From positions 4,547 through 68,546 of the forward strand of contig CADEDM010000004.1 in the NCBI GenBank assembly GCA_902826065.1: DNA of 64,000 nt, read 5' to 3'. Both the position numbers and the translations under genes were made by a program. The stretch comes from an uncultured Acidobacteriota bacterium (GTDB lineage: Bacteria > Acidobacteriota > Vicinamibacteria > Vicinamibacterales > UBA2999). This document shows positions 57,025-64,000 of this stretch, in pieces. Within the stretch, counting starts at the first letter, position 1. Every line of letters starts with the position of its first letter. The notes beneath the pieces are model-generated. The model was not told the origin of the DNA. It did no database searches and was given only the letters and a program-made list of their open reading frames with translations.

Positions 57025-57507
57025 GTGCGACACGACGAGCGGCAGCGGCGGCACCTGCAGGTGCCGCGCCGGCTGAGGCTGGCGCCGCTTGCCGGGGCCG
57101 TGCTGTTTGGAGCGGCCTGCGACCGTCCGGCGGCCACGTCGCCGGCGCCCGCCACGCCTCCGGCGATCGCGGCCCCGGCCGCCGAGACCGCCGTCTGGCA
57201 CACGCTCGGCACGTGGTCGGGCCACGGCAGCGGCCAGACCGGGTCGTTCGATGTCGGCACCGGCTCACTGCGCGTGAAGTGGGAAGCCAGGGCCAGTGCG
57301 CCAGACGCCGACCGCTACCTCACCGTGGTCCTGCACAGCGCCATCTCGGGCCGTCCGCTGCAGACCGTGCTCGACGTCCACGAACCGGGTGCAGGCACGG
57401 CCTTCGTCCAGGACGAACCGCGCGTGTCCTACCTCGACGTCACGGCGCCGGGCATGGACTGGCGCCTGTCGGTCGAGGAGATGTTGCCGCGCCCGGCCGG
57501 GCGTTGA
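57025..57507 (+). CDS. hypothetical lipoprotein
   Basis: ORF 57025..57507 (GTG). Signal with a lipobox-like LFGAAC, a Pro/Ala linker, then a beta-rich domain. It starts 3 nt after the FAD subunit stop. Confidence 0.5.
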   Translation: MRHDERQRRHLQVPRRLRLAPLAGAVLFGAACDRPAATSPAPATPPAIAAPAAETAVWHTLGTWSGHGSGQTGSFDVGTGSLRVKWEARASAPDADRYLTVVLHSAISGRPLQTVLDVHEPGAGTAFVQDEPRVSYLDVTAPGMDWRLSVEEMLPRPAGR

Positions 57508-57510
57508 GGC

Positions 57511-58248
57511 TCACGGCAGCTTCAGGATCTTCCGCAGCTCGGCGGCCGTCGTGTTCTTGCCCGACCCCGGGCCGCCCATGTCGAAGTCCTTCGACCGCGC
57601 GAGCCCACCCACCATCACGGGGTCGAAGCCGGCATCGATCACCAGGTTCGAGGCGACCCGTACCGCGTCGGCATCGTCGCCCGCGATCGGAATCGCGACC
57701 TTGTCGCCGGCGCGATGGGCGTTCTGCAGCGCGATCTTGTAGTTGATGGTGCCAAAGGCGCGCACGATGCGCGCACCCGGGATGTATTCCGCCGTGGCGA
57801 CGCCGCTGCCCTTCTGCCGCGCGGCTTCCGCCATCGCGCCGTCGCGCTGCACCGAGGGATTGCTGCAATCGAGCACCACCTTGCCTTTCATGGCGGCGCC
57901 GAGGTCCTTGCCGATCTGCGGAATGGCGCTGTAGGGCAACGCCAGGAACACCACCGGGCCGAACTCCGCGGCCTGCTGCGGCGTGCCGGCCACCGATTTC
58001 GGTGCCTGCGTCACCAGGTCTTTCAGCGTGCCGGGATTGCGCGACGAGAACAGGATCTCGTGGCCGGCCTTCGCCCACAGCGTGCCGATGGCGCCACCGA
58101 TGTTGCCCGAGCCGATGATCCCGATGCGCAGCGAGCGGCCGGTCTGGGCGAGCAGTGGTGCGAGCGCCTCGCTCACCAGCAGTGCGCCGGCGGCGCTGCC
58201 GACGAGGCGAGTGAAGTCGCGGCGGGACGGACGGGGCGAGTGACGCAT
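57511..58248 (-). CDS. NADPH-dependent F420 reductase-like (NAD(P)-binding Rossmann) protein with twin-arginine-type N-terminus
   Basis: ORF 57511..58248. N-terminus PSRRDFTRLVGSAAGALL, then IGIIGSGNIGGAIG and the F420_oxidored-like body. Confidence 0.75.
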   Translation of the reverse strand: MRHSPRPSRRDFTRLVGSAAGALLVSEALAPLLAQTGRSLRIGIIGSGNIGGAIGTLWAKAGHEILFSSRNPGTLKDLVTQAPKSVAGTPQQAAEFGPVVFLALPYSAIPQIGKDLGAAMKGKVVLDCSNPSVQRDGAMAEAARQKGSGVATAEYIPGARIVRAFGTINYKIALQNAHRAGDKVAIPIAGDDADAVRVASNLVIDAGFDPVMVGGLARSKDFDMGGPGSGKNTTAAELRKILKLP

Positions 58249-58281
58249 TCGAGCGGGCTCCTCTCCCGCCGAATACGTCGC

Positions 58282-59589
58282 TCAGCCGGCGGCGTTTACC
58301 GTGCCACGCACCTCGCCGAAACCGATCGACGCCGCGCCGTCGCGACGACCGCGGGCGCGGAAGATCACCTCGTCGCCGTCGTCGAGAAACGTGCGGGTGT
58401 GGCCCGACGCCAGCGTGACCGGCGCCGTCCCGCCGGCAGAGATCTCGAGCAGGCTGCCGAAGCCGTCGGGCGTCGGCGCCGAGATCGTGCCGGTGCCCAG
58501 CAGGTCACCGGGTCGCAGGTTGCAGCCGTTGCTGGCGTGATGCGTCACGAGCTGCCCGATGGTCCAGAACAGATGACGCGTGCTGCCGATCGACAGCCGG
58601 TGCGGCGGCAGGTTCGCCGCTTTCAGGCACGGCGTGTGCAGCAGCACCTCGAGCTCGAGCTCGAACGCGCCCTCGGCCTGATCGTGCGCGTCCGTCAGAT
58701 AGGGCAACGGCGCCGGATCGCCGGCGGGCCGCGGCGGCTGTGCGATGCGGAACGGCGCCAACGCCTCCGGTGTCACGATCCACGGCGAGATCGACGTGGC
58801 GAAGTTCTTGGCCAGGAACGGCCCGAGCGGCTGGTATTCCCAGGCCTGGAGATCGCGCGCCGACCAGTCGTTGAGCAGGCACAGGCCGGCGATGTGGGCC
58901 CGCGCGTCGCCGATTGCGATCGGCTCGCCGAGCTCGTTGCCGGGGCCGATCCAGATGCCGAGTTCCAGCTCGTAGTCGAGACGGCGCGAGGGCCCGAAGG
59001 TGGGGACGTCGTCGGTTGGCACCTTGCGCTGCCCCTGTGGGCGCCGCACCGGCGTCCCGGACACGACAATCGACGAGCCCCGCCCGTGGTAGCCGATCGG
59101 CACGTGCTTGTAGTTCGGCAGCAGCGGCTGATCGGGCCGGAACTGCCTCCCGACGTTCACCGCGTGATGGATACCGGCGTAGAAGTCCGTGTAGTCGCCG
59201 ATGGTGGCCGGGACGTGCATGGTGCAGGCGGCGCGGTCGACGAGGCAGGGCTCCAGCGCCACGCGCGCGCTCGCGCCTTCGGTCAGCAGCGACGAGAGCT
59301 GCGCCCGTAACGCACGGCGCAGACCGGCGCCCGCGGCCAGGAACGCGTTCAGCGGCGCTTCGGCGGCCAGCGTCGCCGCTTCCTCGGCGTCGCCGGTGAA
59401 GACATCGGCGCGCCGTGCGGCGGCCAGGTCGAGCACCTGGTCCCCGATGGCGACCCCGCCACGAGCGGTCGGGCCGTTCTCGGTCGAGAAGACCCCGAGC
59501 GGCAGGTTCTGGATCGGGAAGTCGGCGTGGCCGTTGGCCGAGGCCACCCAGCTGCGTCGCGCGGGATCGTGGGTCTCGTCGAGGGTCAC
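58282..59589 (-). CDS. fahA: fumarylacetoacetase
   Basis: C-terminal 435 codons of ORF 58282..60792. Begins [15 protein letters not shown]...[12 protein letters not shown] (typical FAH N-terminus). GTG 59589 overlaps the hmgA stop (GTGA). Confidence 0.9.
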   Translation of the reverse strand: MTLDETHDPARRSWVASANGHADFPIQNLPLGVFSTENGPTARGGVAIGDQVLDLAAARRADVFTGDAEEAATLAAEAPLNAFLAAGAGLRRALRAQLSSLLTEGASARVALEPCLVDRAACTMHVPATIGDYTDFYAGIHHAVNVGRQFRPDQPLLPNYKHVPIGYHGRGSSIVVSGTPVRRPQGQRKVPTDDVPTFGPSRRLDYELELGIWIGPGNELGEPIAIGDARAHIAGLCLLNDWSARDLQAWEYQPLGPFLAKNFATSISPWIVTPEALAPFRIAQPPRPAGDPAPLPYLTDAHDQAEGAFELELEVLLHTPCLKAANLPPHRLSIGSTRHLFWTIGQLVTHHASNGCNLRPGDLLGTGTISAPTPDGFGSLLEISAGGTAPVTLASGHTRTFLDDGDEVIFRARGRRDGAASIGFGEVRGTVNAAG

Positions 59590-60956
59590 GGCTTGGTCGG
59601 GTCGAAGTGCTTCTTCAGGGCGTGGCCGTAGCGCGCGTAGGAATCCTGCTTGCAATCGGCTTGCGCGGCCCACGCCGTGACGCGCTGCGGAAACCGCGTC
59701 TCGAACATGAACGCCATCGTGCCTTCGAGCCGCTTCGGCGCGAGCGGAGCGTTGCTGGCCGCCTCGAACGCGTCGACGTCTGGCCCGTGCGGCAGCATCG
59801 TGTTGTGCAGCGAGAAGCCGCCCGGCACGAAGCCCTGGGGCTTGGCGTCGTACTGGCCGTAGACCAGGCCCATGAACTCGCTCATCACGTTCATGTGGTA
59901 CCACGGCGGACGGAACGTGTTCTCCGCGACGAGCCAGCGGTCGGGGAAGATCACGAAGTCGACGTTGGCCGTGCCTGGCGTCTCCGAGGGCGATGTCAGC
60001 ACGGTGAAGATCGACGGATCGGCGTGGTCGTAGAGCACCGGGCCCACCGGCGAGTAGCGGCGCAGGTCGTACTTGTAGGGCGCGAAGTTGCCGTGCCAGG
60101 CGACGACGTCGAGCGGCGAGTGGTCGAGTGCGGACGTCCACAGCTGCCCACCCCACTTCACGAACATCCGCGAGGGCACGTCGCGATCCTCGTAGGCGGC
60201 GACCGGCGTGAGGAAATCGCGCGGATTCGCCAGGCAGTTCGCGCCGATCGGCCCGCGGTCGGGCAACGTGAATGCGCCGCCGTAGTTCTCGCAGAGGTAG
60301 CCGCGCGCGGGTCCGTTGCGGAGCTCGACGCGCAGCTTCACGCCGCGCGGGATCACCGCGATCTCGCCGGGTTCGAGATCGATGATCCCGAACTCCGTCC
60401 ACAGCCGCAGATCGCCCGACTGCGGCACGAACAGCAGCTCGCCGTCGGCGTCGTAGAAGTACTCGTCCTGCATCGAGCGCGTGATCACGTAGACGTGCGC
60501 GCCCATGCCGGCGTGGGTGTGCTGGTCGCCGGCGGTCGTGATGGTGCGCACGCCCTCGAGGAACGACAGCGACTCGCTGGGTACGGTCACCGGGCTCCAT
60601 CGCATCGGCGCGATCGGCAGGTCGACGTCGTGACAGGGCGCGGTGCGCCACAGGCCGATGTCGGCCTTCTGGAAATCTCCGAAGTGGGCCACGGTCGGCC
60701 GGATGCGATACAGCCACGTGCGCTCGTTGGTCGCGCGCGGCGCCGTGAACGGCGAGCCGCTCAGTTGTTCCGCGTAGAGCCCGTAGGCGCACTTCTGCGG
60801 CGAGTTGCGACCGATGGGCAGCGCACCGGGCAGCGCTTCGGTCTCGAAGCCGTTCCCGAACCCCGACATGTACCCGGGCGTGATCGTCGGCTGCCCGGCC
60901 CCCGGAGTCAGACCCCTGGCCGGGCCGGGCGAGACTTCTGCCGGATTCTTGGTCAT
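59586..60956 (-). CDS. hmgA: homogentisate 1,2-dioxygenase
   Basis: ORF 59586..60956. [46 protein letters not shown] and the rest are collinear with HGD. Confidence 0.92.
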   Translation of the reverse strand: MTKNPAEVSPGPARGLTPGAGQPTITPGYMSGFGNGFETEALPGALPIGRNSPQKCAYGLYAEQLSGSPFTAPRATNERTWLYRIRPTVAHFGDFQKADIGLWRTAPCHDVDLPIAPMRWSPVTVPSESLSFLEGVRTITTAGDQHTHAGMGAHVYVITRSMQDEYFYDADGELLFVPQSGDLRLWTEFGIIDLEPGEIAVIPRGVKLRVELRNGPARGYLCENYGGAFTLPDRGPIGANCLANPRDFLTPVAAYEDRDVPSRMFVKWGGQLWTSALDHSPLDVVAWHGNFAPYKYDLRRYSPVGPVLYDHADPSIFTVLTSPSETPGTANVDFVIFPDRWLVAENTFRPPWYHMNVMSEFMGLVYGQYDAKPQGFVPGGFSLHNTMLPHGPDVDAFEAASNAPLAPKRLEGTMAFMFETRFPQRVTAWAAQADCKQDSYARYGHALKKHFDPTKP

Positions 60957-61278
60957 GACACAGGCTCCTCGGCCGGCAGGTCCACGTAGATGTCGCCGCC
61001 CTCGATTTTCACCGGAAACGTTCGCACGCCGCGATCGGTCACGCTGCCGTCACTCGCGCCCGTGCGCACGTCGAAGAGCGCGTGGTGCATCGGGCACTCC
61101 ACGTAGCCCTGCACCAGGCAGCCCATCGAGAGCGACGCGCCCATGTGCGGGCAGGCGTCGCTGGTCGCGAACACGCCGTCAGGCATCGCGTAGAGCGCCA
61201 CCCGCTGGTCAGGGCAGCGCACGCTCATCATCGCCCGATCGCCGAAGTCGGCGCGAGCGGCCACGCGCGTCCAGGCCA

Positions 61279-61279
<1 letters not shown>
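60953..61279 (-). CDS. Rieske (2Fe-2S) ferredoxin-type protein
   Basis: ORF 60953..61279. Rieske motifs CPHMGASL and [12 protein letters not shown] overlap with hmgA. Confidence 0.85.
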
Positions 61280-62388
<1,109 letters not shown>

Positions 62389-62403
62389 CGTTGACTCTCC
62401 GAT

Positions 62404-63285
62404 TCAGCGAACGGCGAGCGCGTCGAATTCCTCGACGGGCTCGCGGAACGAACACGATCCGAAGCTGACGAGACGCGCGCGTGTCTGGCGCAGCGTCTCG
62501 ATGGTGAACTCGCGCCCGGCCCAGCGGACGATGCCGTCGGTGAACGCCAACGCGCCGGCGTCCGAGTGCTGCAGCACGGCCTCGGCGGCCGGCGTCGACG
62601 CCCCCGCCTGCAGGGCGGCGGTGGCGAGCAGCACGTTCAGGTAGCCGTACATCGGCGCCGACGTCGCGTCGCGCTCGTAGGTCAGCCGGTACTCACCGCG
62701 CACCGCATGGTGCAGTCCGGCCGTGGCTTTGAAGGCGACGTCGTGCCGCACCGCCGCGGCGAGAAACGCGGCCAGCGCCGCCGGCGCGGGAAAGGCGTCG
62801 GCGGTGACGCCGCCGGTGCGGACCTTGGCGCGCAGTCCACGGGCGGCGACGCGTGCCAGCCAGGCGTCGACGTCAGGACCGGGTGCGATCTCCACATAGA
62901 CCTCGCCGGCAGGGCCGGCGTACCTGGCGAGCCAGTCGATGCCCTCGAGCGTCGCCGGCTTCGACTCCATCGAGTCGACCCGGGCGCGCTCGCTGGCGCT
63001 GGTGTTGAACCCGGCAACCGCCGCAAGATCCGCGTCGGAGCCGTCGCGCACGATCGCGCTCACGCGCCAGCCCGCATCGGATCCGGTGGCAGCGTCGAGC
63101 GCCTCGCGCAGCTCCTCGAGGCGCGCCGCCGGCACTACGAATCGGCCGAGCATCCAGGCCGACGGTCCGGACAGGGCCTCGCGATACGCCCACACGGCGT
63201 CGGTCATGGTGAGGCCCGCGGGCGGGAACAGCCCCGCGTAGTCCACGACGCCCGCGAGCAGGGCGGTCGTGCTGGCACGCTGCAT
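62404..63285 (-). CDS. conserved hypothetical protein (293 aa), first gene of the homogentisate operon
   Basis: ORF 62404..63285. Good GC3 frame. No family recognised from sequence (motifs VDYAGLFPPAGL, KATAGLHHAVRG, FGSCSFREP). Confidence 0.55.
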   Translation of the reverse strand: MQRASTTALLAGVVDYAGLFPPAGLTMTDAVWAYREALSGPSAWMLGRFVVPAARLEELREALDAATGSDAGWRVSAIVRDGSDADLAAVAGFNTSASERARVDSMESKPATLEGIDWLARYAGPAGEVYVEIAPGPDVDAWLARVAARGLRAKVRTGGVTADAFPAPAALAAFLAAAVRHDVAFKATAGLHHAVRGEYRLTYERDATSAPMYGYLNVLLATAALQAGASTPAAEAVLQHSDAGALAFTDGIVRWAGREFTIETLRQTRARLVSFGSCSFREPVEEFDALAVR

Positions 63286-63356
63286 CCCCCTACTGTGGCA
63301 GCGGTCGATTCATGCTGTCCAATTGATCGGATCGCCATGATTGATAATTGCTGACT

Positions 63357-64000
63357 ATGAGTGACCCTGCCCGCCTCGAGCTGCGCCACCTGCGCTACTT
63401 CCGCGAGGTCGTCGACGAGCTGCATTTCGGGCGCGCCGCCGCCCGCCTCGCCGTGACGCAGCCGACGCTCAGCGTGCAGATCCGGCAGCTCGAGGCGATC
63501 GTCGGGGCGCGACTGTTCGACCGCCACACCCGTCAGGTGACGCTGACCGCGGCCGGGCGCGTGCTCGACGACGCCGCCCGGCGCCTGCTGCGGGACGTCG
63601 ACGCCGCCGTCGACGCCACCCGCCAGGCCCACGCCGGGCAGCTGGGCGTCCTGCGCGTCGGGTTCGGACCGACGCTGATGCTCTCGACGCTGGGCGACGT
63701 CGTCCGCACCTATCGGCAGCGGCACCCCGGCGTGCGCGTCGACTTGCGCGAGCTGCCCACCAGCGAGCAGATCACGGCGCTGGTCAGGGGCGACCTGGAC
63801 GTCGGCTTCGTGCGCGGCGCCGAGGCCGACCCGCGGCTGCACGTGGAGCTGTTCGCGCGCGAGCCACTGGTCATCGCGCTGCACCGTGATCACCGGTTGG
63901 CGAAAGCGGCGCGGGTGCCGCTGTCGGCGCTGGCCGGCGAGCCGTGGGTCCTGTTCCCACGCGCCATCGCGCCACGCCTCCACGAGCGGGTCATCGAGGT
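63357..64000 (+). CDS. LysR family transcriptional regulator (partial, runs off the window end)
   Basis: Hand translation from ATG 63357 gives MSDPARLELRHLRYFREVVDELHFGRAAARLAVTQPTLSVQIRQLEAIVGARLFDR... (LysR HTH), followed by a substrate-binding domain. It is absent from the ORF track because no stop lies inside the window. Confidence 0.85.
   Translation, partial: MSDPARLELRHLRYFREVVDELHFGRAAARLAVTQPTLSVQIRQLEAIVGARLFDRHTRQVTLTAAGRVLDDAARRLLRDVDAAVDATRQAHAGQLGVLRVGFGPTLMLSTLGDVVRTYRQRHPGVRVDLRELPTSEQITALVRGDLDVGFVRGAEADPRLHVELFAREPLVIALHRDHRLAKAARVPLSALAGEPWVLFPRAIAPRLHERVIE

Noticed and set aside
58282-60792. 836-aa ORF suggesting a giant fusion upstream of fumarylacetoacetase
   Set aside because: Only the last 435 codons are FAH-like. 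The upstream part overlaps hmgA (59586..60956) out of frame and is Arg-rich noise. I trimmed it to GTG 59589, which overlaps the hmgA stop.

Overview
High-GC (roughly 70%) bacterial chromosomal segment. The gene content (PadR plus ADOP-type duplicated permease pair, several ECF sigma factors, many TAT-exported redox enzymes) points to an Acidobacteriota-like soil bacterium; this is an inference only. I support about 60 protein-coding genes, one frameshifted GNAT gene and one tRNA-Cys(GCA). I saw no rRNA, CRISPR array, transposase, integrase or phage genes. Layout: (1) 0-13.8 kb holds mixed redox/detox genes and regulators: SDR, AhpD-like, SigJ-like ECF, PQQ dehydrogenase, DinB, methyltransferase, PadR+ADOP permease, DUF1624, VOC, AraC, and an ECF-DUF4440-DUF2235 operon. 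(2) 14-20.5 kb holds envelope and lipid genes: a 1,218-aa membrane-embedded patatin-like phospholipase, and a C39-like peptidase fused to TPR, POTRA and an Omp85 barrel, with a small anchored partner. (3) 20.5-42 kb is a stress/osmoprotection island: AI-2E transporter, DUF892, DksA-like, PAS-GGDEF, an 8.2-kb cyclic beta-1,2-glucan synthase-like gene, CsbD, SYLF, lmo0937-type, YtxH, and an NtrC-type sigma54 activator. (4) 42-47 kb holds histidine kinases, response regulators and an ECF sigma. (5) tRNA-Cys is followed by an ATP-grasp gene, a TAT amidohydrolase and two orphan secreted proteins, one with a clear GC dip. (6) A PaoABC-like molybdenum oxidoreductase. (7) A homogentisate (tyrosine catabolism) operon with a divergent LysR. 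The main hunt result is eleven co-oriented -24/-12 (sigma54-type) promoter motifs, all between 17.9 and 39.8 kb. They sit directly upstream of the stress, c-di-GMP, glucan and envelope genes that flank the single enhancer-binding protein. All calls rest on reading the supplied translations and the DNA by eye; no database search was run. The many long antisense or alternate-frame ORFs in the track are high-GC artefacts and were rejected.
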